A stretch of DNA of 64,000 bases, from assembly GCA_951406725.2 (NCBI GenBank), contig OX597825.1, positions 50,654,001 to 50,718,000 of the forward strand, in the 5' to 3' direction. Source of the stretch: Octopus vulgaris. Taxonomy: Eukaryota. The position numbers and the translations under genes are program-made. Shown here one piece after another: positions 42,363 through 55,265 of the stretch. The notes under the pieces were generated by a model that saw only the letters and a list, made by a program, of their open reading frames with translations, ran no database searches and had not been told where the DNA came from. Position 1 is the first letter of the stretch. The number at the start of each line of letters is the position of its first letter.

Positions 42363-42929
42363 TATATATTCATATATGTATACATACACACACACACACA
42401 TATATGTATGAATATATATATATATATACGTATATGTTGCACTCACACACATACACACATAGATATATTTTAGAAAGAGAGATAACAATACATAGAACTG
42501 GCAAGGAGATATTCATGTTAAGAATTAGTAGAATTATCCTGTTCTTTCATTGCCAAGAAACTGAGGAACCATGTGTCAAATGACTGATAGTCTTCTGGGG
42601 ATGTAATTTTTCAATTAAATTTGCTATAAACAAATGAACATGTCACGTGAACAAAGTTCAATGTGGGCCACTCGGTAAGTCTATCATCTCTTTAGAAATG
42701 CGCACTAAGTTCGAATCCTTTCAGAGGACATATTTCTGTTTTCTCAATCAGAAATTTACAAATTCGTGTTTACGAAAATACAATAAACAAAGGATTGTGT
42801 AAACATACATACATGTCCTTAAGATTTAATTTTGCTATGAATCTAGGAGTTTGCTTTCTAATGCTCGTCCTCGCGTATTGGTTACCAGGTGCAATTTCTT
42901 AACGAAAATGGATGTGTGGTAAGTAGCTA

Positions 42930-43100
42930 GGCATAGGAGTGGCTGTGTGGTAAGTAGCTTGCTTACCAACCACATGGTTCTGGGTTCAGTCCCACTGGGT
43001 GGCACCTTGGGCAAGTGTCTTCTACTATAGCCCCAGGCCGACCAAAGACTTGTGAGTGGATTTCGTAGACGGAAACTAAAAGAAGCCCGTTGTATATATG

Positions 43101-43137
<37 letters not shown>

Positions 43138-43350
43138 ATGTTTGTGTGTCTGTGTTTGTCCCCAACATCGCTTGACAACCGGTGCTGGTGTGTTTACGTC
43201 CCCGTAACTTAGCGGTTCGGCGAAAGAGACCGATAGAATAAGTACTAGGCTTACAAAGAATAAGTTCTGGGGTCGATCTGCTCGACTAAAGGCGGTGCTC
43301 CAGCATGGCCACAGTCAAATGACTGAAACAAGTAAAAGAGTAAAAGAGAG
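42930..43350 (+). mobile_element. Full-length tRNA-derived SINE with a CORE-like block and an internal TA/TG microsatellite
   Basis: A-box-like TGGCTGTGTGG and B-box-like GGTTCAGTCCC, followed by GCACCTTGGGCAAGTG (CORE-like) and an (AGTAAAAG)n tail. Several other copies in the window. Confidence 0.9.
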
Positions 43351-44439
43351 TAAGAGTATACATTCGGAAATCCATGAGTATCTGGAAATTATATGTAGAA
43401 AAGTGTAAACAAAAGAGATTGGATTGAGCGAACACGCTTTATTGCCTATACATGTGTGTGTGTGTGTGCGTGCGTGCACTAGTGTGTTGGGTGGGTGCGT
43501 GCCTGCATGGTATAGTTTGGATTTTGTGAGTGCGTGAGAGTACACTTATGTGTGCGTGAGCGAGCGTAGTACAAATCTGGAACTCACGATAAAACGAGGA
43601 ACGTAGTTTGCCAATTAAAATGTATGGAGGATGAGAGTACGAACACAACTACAGCATATTTAGGAGAAACTGGCAGTGGTGTGAAGCATTTATTTGTTTA
43701 TATATATATATTTATTTTATGTTTATTGCCATTTTTTAGTCATTATAAATGGACTGCGTATATGTGGGCGTACTTCGGTGGATGTGCATGCTTACATTGA
43801 AGCTCAGTGATTTGACTTATTTTAAGATGGTACCGATCTTGTTATGACTTGATGACTGTTCGTTTTTCATTCCCACAGCTCAAACAAACAAACAAGCAAT
43901 GAACTATATTTCACACACACCCATGCAAAGCTTAGTAACACACAGACAGATGTATGTTTATTAACACACCAATGCATGTTTACTACGCAACAGTGCATGA
44001 TTACTAACCTAGCACCCATAACAATGTATATATACCAGCCCATACCAGTCTATACCGTTTGTTTTTGTTTTTGTTCCGTGTTTTTCTACCTTTCTTTTGG
44101 CGGGGATGAAGTGTCTGTCGTAGTACTAATATGTCGAGATGCATGGGAATGGTGGTATGCATAAGTAATATACAGGTATGCACAAGCACGAAGCAAAATG
44201 CAAACACATGGTTGTATGCGTTAACCAGACGCAGGTATCCATATCTATGAAGATTCGTAAATGTTCTTATATCATTTGTAGAATTCTATTTATTTATTTA
44301 ATTATTTATTTGCTTATTCTGGTGTGTGGCGGTGTGTGGTTGTTACATTTTATCTGTATTTTTATTAAGTGACATATTCCATCTAATTTACCTATAAAGT
44401 TGTTTCGTATAGATACATAGAGATGATCATTATGTTACC

Positions 44440-44960
44440 CTTAACATTCTACTATCGGCAGTACCGACATAAGTTTCCTATTACTATACTCTTTCCAATG
44501 CATCTTCATTCTTCCAGCCAAACCACTGCCAGTTTCTCCTAAATATACTGTAGTTGAGTTCATACATTCATCCTCCATACATTTTAATTGGCAAACTACG
44601 TTCCTCGTTTTATCGTGAGTTCCAGATTTTGTACTAGACACAGTACAATACCTAGTGCTACATGCAGTCTTACAAAGGGGTGCGTTTTACTTACCTGTGT
44701 CCTAACGGATTTCCCTGGTTTCTCAATTGCTTTAATTCCAACTTTGGGGTCATTCAGAGCTTTCCTAAACCTACGAGATGATTCTCCTTTCGGTGTAGCA
44801 CCAGTAAGTATTACCCTTGAGACTTATCACTATTGAACTAGGTGTTTAGCTTACCTACCTTCTAAATAATTCTTCGTACTCAATTTTGTAGTTTGTTTCG
44901 ATATCTTGAGCGAGATCCATTAGTATAATTTTTTATTATTATCTTACAATTTTTCTTTGA
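44440..44960 (-). pseudogene. Penelope-like GIY-YIG endonuclease remnant
   Basis: IKAIEKPGKSVRTQVSKTHPF..., then NVVCQLKCMEDEC....VYLGETGSGLAGRMKMH. Confidence 0.7.
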
Positions 44961-45704
44961 CTCACTTCCTGGTATCGGTTTCACGCTCAACTTTATGTCC
45001 GTTGTGGTTGAACGAGCCATATAACTTCAGATAATATGCAGGGTCCACGCGTCGTACATAAAAGCAGTAACACAGAAAACATCAGTGTGGTGGGTGAGGC
45101 TGAATGGACTGAAAACAGTCACTTTCCTCTTCGAAGGTTGAGAGGGATGTATTGCCTCCTTAATAAATTTGTTGAAAGGTGGGTGAATAGGGTGGCCCGG
45201 GATCAGTTGGGTTTCTTAGCTGCCACTAAGTGGCGATTCTCCTGTACTGGGAAGTTCTTTTGTTAAGATGGTTTTTTTCATATTGTTATTGTTTTATTGT
45301 TACTAGGTTTCTGTGTAAATCACCTCTGTCTTCTGTCTTTGTATTGTCCTGAACGTTTTTGCGGCTTTTGCCAGCAAAATGTTTAGCAGCATTTCGTCCG
45401 TCTTTACATTCCGAGTCAAAATTCCACCGAGGTCGAATTACCTTTCATCCAATTGGGGTCGATAAAATAAGTAACAATTGAAACACTGGGATCGATGTTG
45501 TCGGTTTACTCCCTCAGCCGTGATTGCTGGTCTTGTGCCAAAATTTTAAGCCATTATTAATATTATTATTTCTGGTGTTGTTATCGCTGTCGTAGTAGTT
45601 GTTTTTGCCCCCTCCTCCTCCTTTTTCTTCTTCTTCTTCTTCTTCTTCTTCTTCTTCTTCTTCTTCTTCTTCTTCTTCTTCTTCTTCTTCTTCTTCTTCT
45701 TCTT

Positions 45705-45919
45705 GAGGCAGCGAGCTGGCAGAATCGCTAGTACGTTGGACGAAATGCTTAGCAGTATTTCGCCAGTCGCTACGCTTTGAGTTCGAATTCCGCCCAGGTC
45801 GACTTTGCCTATCATCCCTTCCGGATCGATAAATAAAATATCAGCTGGCTACTGGGCCGATGTAATAGACTCTACCCGTCCTCACAAAATTATAGGTCTT
45901 GTGCCTATAGTAGAAAGGA
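45705..45919 (+). mobile_element. Short SINE family with an (ATT)n tail (partial copies at 45360-45545, 45985-46125 and 20440-21000)
   Basis: GAGCTGGCAGAATCG head, GTTCGAATTCCG B-box-like motif and GTCGACTTTGCCT.TCATCC block, repeated in the window. Confidence 0.75.
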
Positions 45920-46221
45920 TTATTATTATTATTATTATTATTATTGTTGTTGTAATTGTTGTTGTTGTTTTTATCATTTTATCTGTAAATTCTGAGTTCA
46001 TATTCCACCGGAGTCGAATTGCCTTTCATCCTTTCGGGGGTCGATAAAATAAGTACCAGTTGAAGGCTGGGGTCAATTTAATCGACTTAGCTACTCAACC
46101 TAAATTTGTACCAAAATTTGAGACTATTATTATTATTATTATTGTTTTTGTTTTTGTTGTTGTTGTTGTTGTTGTTGTTATTGATGTTCTTCTTCTTCAT
46201 CTTCTTCATCTTCTTATTTTT

Positions 46222-48072
46222 TAGTCTTTGCTTCTATCGCTGGTGATGTACTACGGTATCAGCTGTTCACTACCAGTGAACTAAGGTAACACCCCTTATT
46301 TTTCGAGCACCATCCGGAGTATTCGAGCGGTTCCAAGCAGTGCTATTTTCTGCAAGTGCTTCACCCTTATTGGAGCCCCTATTTGTTCCATGTATTTCTC
46401 AAGAATTTTACTCACTCTTCCCAGCGCTCCGACAATTATGTGCAATACTACCACCTTTTCATCGACCACAACTGCTTTACCACCCAAACTAACCTGTCAT
46501 ATCTATTGACTTTTCTTTCTTCCTTATCGCATACCTTATCTGGTTTCCTATTCTCTATCTCACGGTCGCCCTGAATCATAAAATCCCATAGGATCTTTAC
46601 ATTATCATTTTCGATGATGCCTTCGGGTTTATGATCGTACCATATTTTTGCTCTGTCAAGTACATACTTGTTGCAAAGTGTCTAATGAACAATCTTTGCT
46701 GCATTGTCATAGCGTCTCTTATTGTCTTTCTGAGCTAGTGGCATACATTGACTGGTAATATGCCATACGGTTTCCCTATTCTGTCCACAAATTCTACACT
46801 TATCACTTTCTGATGTGTTGTCTATTCTGTATTTGATGCAATTAGTTCTTAATGCCTGCTCTTGGACAGCACAAATTAAAGCCACCGTTTCCGGTTTTAA
46901 ATCCCTTTTAGTCATCCATGGCCATCTATTTTTTCTGTCTGTTTTATCTTTAACGTTCCTATGAAATTGCCTATGCATTCTTTTCTTTATCCACCTATTT
47001 TCAGTTTCATTCATTCTCAAGTGCTTGTACAGTGTTTGTCTTTTCAATCTTCCATTCTACACAAGCTTGACCGTCTTACTTCCAATAATGGTGGTTCTGT
47101 GGCAGTTTTACATACCATACTATGTTGTTTTCTTCTGCTCTAATGCTGTCTTCGCATCCTCTTCCCTCGCTTTTTCTTGGTACATACAGTCTGTCTGTGT
47201 TACTTTTGGGTGGAGTATCCCATATCTAGTCAGCAACTTCCTTGTCTTTCTGTCTAAGCTGTTTAGTTCGTCTACTGTCGATGCGATTACTCCTGCTCCA
47301 TATCTAAGGAGTAAAACCGCCCGGGTGTTGATTGCTTCAATCTTATTCCGTCCGTTTAATTTCAACTTAAGACTTAGTCGCAGTCTATGCAGGTACTTCA
47401 CGTGTATTTCTGTCATTTAACTTTCTCCGACGGTATCCATTTCCAATATCGCTAGCCCACGGTATCGCTAGCCCGACGGTATCTCTAGCCCGACGGTATC
47501 GCTAGCCCGACTATACATTTGATTTTGCCTCTCTTCAAGACTAACACACCACACATTTTTGTCCGAACTCCATTCTGACATCAGCACTGAAAGTATACAC
47601 CGTATCAAAGAGGGAACTGACTTGGGTTTCAATTTTACCATAAAGTTTAAGATCATCCATGAATAATAAGTGGTTCATTTTTTGTTGGCGGTTCTTGATA
47701 ATCGATCCATGACATACCCAAGTTAGTTTCCATCCTCTTGCAGTCTCTACGTACAGTTTTGTCTACCAGGACTTGATCCTTAGTACATATGCACTTACGC
47801 TTGCAACCATTCTGCTCATGTGTCATGACTCCATTTTCCCCCAGATGTCCGTACATTGACTCTGCGACTATTTCAGTCAATAATTTCCTATGACAACTAG
47901 GATATCGGCCTGTAATTGTCTACCGTATTTCCTTTTTCGATATTTTTCAAGCGATGCAGTGTCCTACCCATTGTCTACCACTTTGGTGTTACTTGGACGG
48001 CATTTAAGGTGTTCAGTTGTGCAGCTATTCGTGTATGACAATCACCAGATTTTTTGATCCAGTAGCCTTGAA
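46222..48072 (-). mobile_element. Decayed 5'-truncated Dong-like element (family B)
   Basis: EQNGCKRKCICTKDQVL, WIDY, KLNGRNKIEAINT, ETVALICAVQEQALRT, CRICG..ETVWHITSQC, IIVGALG, LQKIALLGTARILR. Confidence 0.9.
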
Positions 48073-48073
48073 C

Positions 48074-48246
<173 letters not shown>

Positions 48247-48788
48247 GAGTGAGAGAGCACTGCATGCCATCAAAGTGACACTGGGGTAAAATATACGAAG
48301 CCCAGTATATCCATCGTCACTACCTGTTTGATAAGGGACACCAGTCACATGCATGATATGGTGATCTCATACCAAGATTAACACCGCATGACCTTGCAGG
48401 TGGGGCCCAATTAGAATTTTCTTCAGGTCGTGTAGCCCATCCAACTCAAAAGGTTTCTGAATAAGGATTGTTTAAGGATGTTGAACAAAACACCCATGGT
48501 TCCGAAGGTGAATTATCCAAACCCCAAAGAATTTTCCTCAACACATGGCTATGATTCTTTCCCACTACTTATGCTAGTGATCAGAGATGCACGTATCGTC
48601 AGCCACTAAGGGACATGGTCAACTGGTTAAGGTCAAGCAACTGACAAGGAAATCTGTGGTATTGAGCAGAATATTTGTTGTTAGCCCATCTTTAGTACCA
48701 AGACAAAACAATGTACATGATAATACTTCCAATCAGTTAAGATAAGAAGCCATGTGAGCCACTGCCTGGTACTGCATCAGGTCATTGA
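48247..48788 (-). mobile_element. ~540-bp non-coding element flanked by (TAA)n; partial copies at 10361-10427, 53255-53538 and 48899-48930
   Basis: Repeated sequence with no ORF and (TTA)n on both sides. The 3' end ...GCTCTCTCACTC is shared with the truncated copy at 10361. Confidence 0.8.
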
Positions 48789-48795
48789 TTATTAC

Positions 48796-48898
<103 letters not shown>

Positions 48899-48936
48899 GC
48901 CACTGCCTGGTACTGCATCAGGTCATTGATTATTAC

Positions 48937-48999
<63 letters not shown>

Positions 49000-49013
49000 C
49001 ATTATTATTATTA

Positions 49014-52000
49014 TGACATATACGCACATTAGATTAGACTTTTGGAAAATACATGTTCCAAACATCGGGCTACAAGTAACCTTAGATGCTAAGACATTTC
49101 TAATTATCCTTGCTATCCCTAATAACATTGTTTACTGGAGCTGTACTACTCAAGGCTTTACGCCTCAATCGATCTGTTCAAATTTATACCTACAGGGATA
49201 CATTTTACTCGCAATTTCCATAGCCTCTGTAACTCAATAGTTATATCTCTCATATTGACTTTCTCGTCATTTGGGACTCTCAAGTCAATTATCTGCAACT
49301 TTCTATTCTCTTTATCTACTACTACTAAATCGGGCCTTCTAGCTTCTGCTACTCTGCCAGTCTGAATGTTAAAACCCCACAACATCTTATATTTCTTACA
49401 GTCTACCACTTTACTAAGTTCATGTTTATACCATTTATCAGTACGCTCAAATTCTAGCTTTCTACATAACTCCAAGTAGTATATTCTCCTTAGGATGTCA
49501 TGTCTTTTCTTGTATTCTTTCTGTGCCAGCATACTGTATTGACTTACTATATGAGTAACACTTACCTCTTTTGATTTACAAAATTTACATCGGGAAGCTA
49601 TCTGGTCTTTGTCTCTCTTGGCTTTTATCCAATTTGTCTTCTATGCCTGATCTTATGATGCTACCAACAAACTTTCTGTCTCCCTCTTCAGACTTCTTTC
49701 CGAAGCCATATCCTAGTCTCACTATCACTATTTCATGCGATTTTCTTTGGGAATCTATCATGCAAAGCCTTCCCTTTCTTCTCTCTTCTGGTTTTTAACT
49801 TTGCTTGGATTTTTGGTTTCCCTTTCTACTGCTGTTAATCTAGCATCTTAAACTTCCTTCACTATTACCTACATAGGAGGTTATATCTACTCTAGCGAAC
49901 ACCACGTATTCTACTGATGGTAACTCTCTACCTCCTTCTTTTCTAGGTTAGTAAAATCTTGCTACTCCTGCTCTTGGGTGAAGTCTTCCATTCATATTGA
50001 ATTTTTTCCTTGTTCTTCTCTCTAGATTTGTTAATTCAGATTTTTCCCAATCTACTAAAGCTACTGAATTTATGTAACGATACTGCCCAAGTACTACTTA
50101 CAGCTTTCACTACACTCAGACGCGTAGCTTTGGCTTCATTAGCTTCCTCAACCTTCCGATATTCTCCTCAATTTTTGTTTTCATTTCTGTAATTAGTACT
50201 CTGTCAGATTCTAATATTTCTAGATTGTATAACTTTCTCCTTCTTTCAGAGATTTTAATGTCTGGAAATCTGGTAACCCAATGCCTTCACGACTGACTAC
50301 CTCTCCCCACTTTTCTTTTTACTAATATTGCGTACTTATCTATGTCAAAAACCTGTATGTGTGCTGAAGTGTCTTATAGTTCTATTAAAGAGTGTATCTT
50401 TTTTATATTCTTACTAAAAGCATTAGACCATCCATGCAGAACAAATGGTTAATTCTTTGTTTATTATCTCTAAACTGATAATTTGTGTTTGCCTTTCTTA
50501 AAACTATACCGGAGGGATTTAAGCATAACACAAGTATAAAAGACGATAACGTGTATCCTTGAGAACTTCCTCTCTTAATATTAAATTTCACGAAGGCTGT
50601 GTCACTTGAATAGAGATCTACATTCCATTACTTCATGCTAAAGCTAATTAATTCTCTTATGTTGTCTGCGATACTAAATATACTGAAATATTTACTTATC
50701 CATGATTATGAAAACATATCACAGGCTTTTTTATAAACTTTCGATGCCTTGTTAAATTTTTCTTACTATATTTCACTTCTTTTAGTACTGATTTGCCTGT
50801 GTTTTATAGAATTGACTTTTTTCTAATCTTCTTTCTGCAACCTTTCTGTTCTTTTGTCAGCAAATTCTGGTTGTCAAGTTGCCCGTAAAGGCTTTCTGAG
50901 AGCATTCCTGTTAACAGTTTACACACTAATTGTAAACAACTGATTGGTCTATAATTACTAGGCATATTGCTCTTGCTTTTGTCTTTCATAAGGAGTGCTG
51001 TTCTTCTTTTGGTCATCCAATCTGGTATTACTCCGCCATTCAGGAAATCCTGAAGTTGTGTCCTCAGCCTCCCATGTAAGCTACTAAATTGCTTTAATCA
51101 GTATACTTGAAATAAATCTGATCCTGGGCCCTTTCAATTCGGCATTTTCCCCAGCACTTTACTCATTAATGCACAAGGTAGTCTTAGCTTTAGATTTCCC
51201 ACTGACTACTTTTACTTTAATTAACCATGCTACATCTCCATTATGATTGATTGGCTCATCTCACATATTACTCCAGAACTTTCTAGCTTCTTCTTCATTA
51301 GGTTTCTTATCTCCAGTACTTTCTTCTACACTATTTATTGGCTATAAAATCTCACGTCTGTCTCAATCTATTTGTTGATACTGATCTATTTGTTTCTGAT
51401 ATCTGGAAAGCTTACCTGCTACTTTTATGACATACAGCAACTTTTCTATGACTATCCCAAATCTCTTTGACTAAATATTTTTCCTCAAGGAAAGATTTAA
51501 ATCTTGTATTTCGTAACTGGTTCAGTTTCCAGACATCTATTCTACTCAGATATTGTCTTAGTCTTTACTTTAGTTTCTAATCTCCATCTCCATATTTGCT
51601 CTTTCTTAATCTTTCCTATAGGTATACCTAATCTTCTAGTAATTACTACTCCTCCTGCATAGATCAAATAAGTTAGTGTCCCCTATATTTTTTGTATATA
51701 TCCCACTGAGAACAAAATTCCTAGTCATATCTAGCAACTTCCATCTATTGGCACCTTTTAATGGTGGTAATCTTTTTCTTTTTTCTTTATACATTACTTA
51801 CTGTAACTCATCTACAATCTTCTGATCTTCCTCACTTAAGTCACTTAAGTCGCTGGTGCCAGTTGTCCCTTCCTAATCAATAGTGCTATTATTATTTTCT
51901 CCTCTGGTTCTCTGGTTTGAACTGTATCTCTCATGTTTGGCTATTCTACTGCTTGGTCTTTTTTCCAGTCCTCTTGTGATCTCTTCCACCTCCATTTGTG

Positions 52001-52365
52001 TCATCCACTTTCTTCTTCTAATAGCATTATCCTTGTCTACAAGTCTCTGTTCAATTACTTGATACATACCCGTCTCTACCCAAAGTGTTAACATCCCATT
52101 TTCTACAACCCCTCATTTTAGGTTTACTTTCTAAGTAGCTCTGCACCGCTATCTTATATTCTTCGCTGGTCCACTTCCTTTACTGTACTCTATTATCTGC
52201 TGATGCTATCTTAGGATAACAGCTGCAGTCAGGCTGTATCTGCACAGAGCCACTACCGGACGAGAGATCTTCCCTTAAGGGCTCAGTCTCATTTTCGCTG
52301 TCACTACCAGAACTTCTGTGCAAACTCGTGACACCATCATTATTACCACTCTTATTATTCGACAT
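49014..52365 (-). mobile_element. Decayed, apparently full-length Dong-like element (family C)
   Basis: From N to C: RKWTSEEYK, EQRLVDKDNAIRRRKWMT, NYRPISCL, EQKGCRK, QGYTLS, NHLFCMDGL, QKEYKKRHD, RRPDLVV, LLGIARIIRNVL. Many stops and frameshifts. Confidence 0.9.
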
Positions 52366-53683
52366 TATTATTCGAATTGTTTCAGTTAAGTTTCCATTAC
52401 ATCACTTTCGTGCTGCTGAGGTGTGTGCAGCAATGTTTTTTTGTCATTTTGGGAGAATTGTAGGCTTTGTATGTTTTGTTATGATCTTCTGTTGTATTAG
52501 TGTTTGTACTATGCTGTATGTATAGTGCGAGTTGTGTTCTTCTGTTGGATATCGGACCTGTATAGCATAGTGGGGTTTGTCCATTTTATTGGGTATTTTA
52601 TGCATAGGGTTTGGGCATAATGTTGCATTGTAGTATGCGCATATCACTTCATTGTAGTCGTCATCACCTGTCCACTGTTCTCTTTTGGTTTTTTATTCGT
52701 TTGGGTAGTGACGTTAAGTGATGAAACCGTCTTTACATCTTTAACGTTTTGACAGAACACCGACTCTGGACGCGTTTAGAAGCTTCTTTCGTATCGTGAT
52801 TGCTCGAGGCTTACAGGACAAAATCCACCGCTATTCTTTAATTCTTAATTATAGCTTTGTCACCGAACACCGACAAGAATTGCTCCTTTCTACTGTTTGG
52901 AAGGAATGGAGCTTGACACCTCTTTTGTCAAAACAATTTAAATGCCATACATTCGGTGTTTGTTTTGTACGCATCCGTGTGTGTTTGATATAAACATAAT
53001 AATTATTATTGATGTATAAGAGAGAAACCGAGAAATTGTAATGTGCATATGTATAAAGGATATGCATATTATACAATGTGCATGTGTACAAAGCAATGTG
53101 TATATGGTAGGGATGCATGTGTAATTAAAGATTAACTCACAAATTCGTAGTTTCGGTATAGAGTTATTGCAACCCGTATGTTTACATTTTAAGGCACGTT
53201 TTACTATGTCGCGCAGTTATTGTTGTTGTCGTCGTTGTCATTGCTGTTGTTGTTACAGCGCGTGACCTTGCAGGTGGGGCCCAGCTAGAATTTTCATCAG
53301 GCCCAATCCGCTCAAAAGGTGTCTGAATAAGGTTTGTTTGAGGATGATGAATGAAACACCCGTGTTTCCACAGATGTATTATTCAAATCCCAAAGAATTC
53401 CTCTCAACATATGCCTATTATGCTTCCCCACTTGTTCTCATGGTCAGAGATGTACATATTGTCAGCCACCAAGGGACATGCTGAACTGGTTAAGATCAAG
53501 CAACTGATAAGTAAATCTGTGGTATTGAGCAAAATATTACTATTATTCAGGTCGACTTTGCCCTGTCATCTTTTTCGGAGTCGATGAAATAAGTACCATT
53601 GAGATCGATATGAAAAATTGCTGCACTTGTGGAAAACTTTGACGACGACATCATCATCATCATCATCATCGTTATTATTATTA

Positions 53684-53733
53684 TTCAGTAGTTTTATTTT
53701 TATAATGTGCTTTCACTTCACTACCGAGCGCAG

Positions 53734-53828
<95 letters not shown>

Positions 53829-54089
53829 TAGTTTTATTTTTATAGCGTGCTTTCGCTTCACTACCGAGCGCAGCTCTGTGTGCCTTGGGTATGTGCTGTG
53901 ATTTGTTGTGTTGCTCTGATGGTTATTGTATGGAAAGTGTTCTGCGTAGGATGTGTGCAGTGCCTAGTAGTGCAATTTTCTGTATGTTATATGTGTTTGT
54001 AAGTCCTGGTGTTTTTGTTATGTATTTGTCTGAATATTTTTTATCATGCCTAATGCACCTACTAATGCACCTATCATGCCTAATGCACC

Positions 54090-54150
<61 letters not shown>

Positions 54151-54765
54151 CATATTTAATGCGTATGTGCTGTGATTTCTTGTGATGCTCTGATGGCTAC
54201 TGTATTGAAAGTGTTCTGCGTAGGATGTGTGCAGTGCCTAGTAGTGCAATTTTCTGTATGCTATATGTGTTTGTAAGTCCTGGTGTTTTTGTTATGTATT
54301 TGTCTGAATATTTTTTATCATGCCTAATGTACCTACTATGATAGGAATTGTTTCTGGTTTTAGATTCCACATTCGAGTTACCTCTATTTCCAGGTCTTTG
54401 TATTTTGAAAGTTTCTCCATTTCTTTTAGAGAAACGTTGTCATCTGCCGGTATTGATACGTCAGTTAGAAAGCATTTTGTTTCTTCATGATCTCTGACAA
54501 CTATATCTGGTTTGTTGGCCTTAATTTCTCTATCTGTGTGTATTGGCATATCCCAGAGTATGGTTGATTTCTCGTTTTCTGTGAACTTTTCTGACGTGTG
54601 CTTATACCATCTTTTTTCTGTTCTTAAACTATAGCATTGGCATAGCTTCCAGTGTATGTAGGTCCAAGCTCTGTGGTGTCTGTGAATATATTCCTTCTTC
54701 GACAGGAATGGGAAGACAGAGATAAGATGATTTATTGTTTCTTGACCATCTCCACATGTTTTTGG
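53684..54765 (-). mobile_element. Three adjacent 3'-end copies of Dong-like family D (53684-53733, 53824-54090, 54161-54765) separated by (TTA)n
   Basis: ANKPDIVV..FLTDVSIP..KLSKYKDLEIE, PIIVGTLG, IQKIALLGTAHILRRTLSIQ. The terminus TTCAGTAGTTTTATTTTTATA..GTGCTTTC.CTTCACTACCGAGCGCAG occurs twice. Confidence 0.88.
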
Positions 54766-54767
54766 TA

Positions 54768-54860
<93 letters not shown>

Positions 54861-54874
54861 GTTATTATTATTTA

Positions 54875-55196
54875 TGGGTTTTTCTTCTTCTTTTAAATTT
54901 GCTTCCATTTCTTGCCGAGTGTCTTTCCGACTCCTAGGGCAAAGAAACTCATAGTATACATTGGTAGGCCATTAAACTAAACTCACTAGTTCGTTCATTT
55001 TTTTTTGATAGAAATACAGTTAAATTAAAATACATGGGTAGTAATAGTTCTCACATCGACAATGCTCATCTCAGTACGTGTGATGTACTAGTTAAGACAA
55101 TCTTTTGCACTTCTTGCAGGGATGGTAAGCCCGGGATCATTCTCATATAATTTTCCGTTCCCTTCTTGATCATTCCTAGTGCTCCTACGATCACTG

Positions 55197-55200
<4 letters not shown>
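54875..55200 (-). mobile_element. Dong-like family E 3' end between (TTA)n tracts
   Basis: IPVIVGALGMIKKGTENYMRMIPGLPSLQEVQKIVLTSTSHVLR plus a UTR shared with 21880-22250. Confidence 0.85.
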
Positions 55201-55263
<63 letters not shown>

Positions 55264-55265
55264 CA

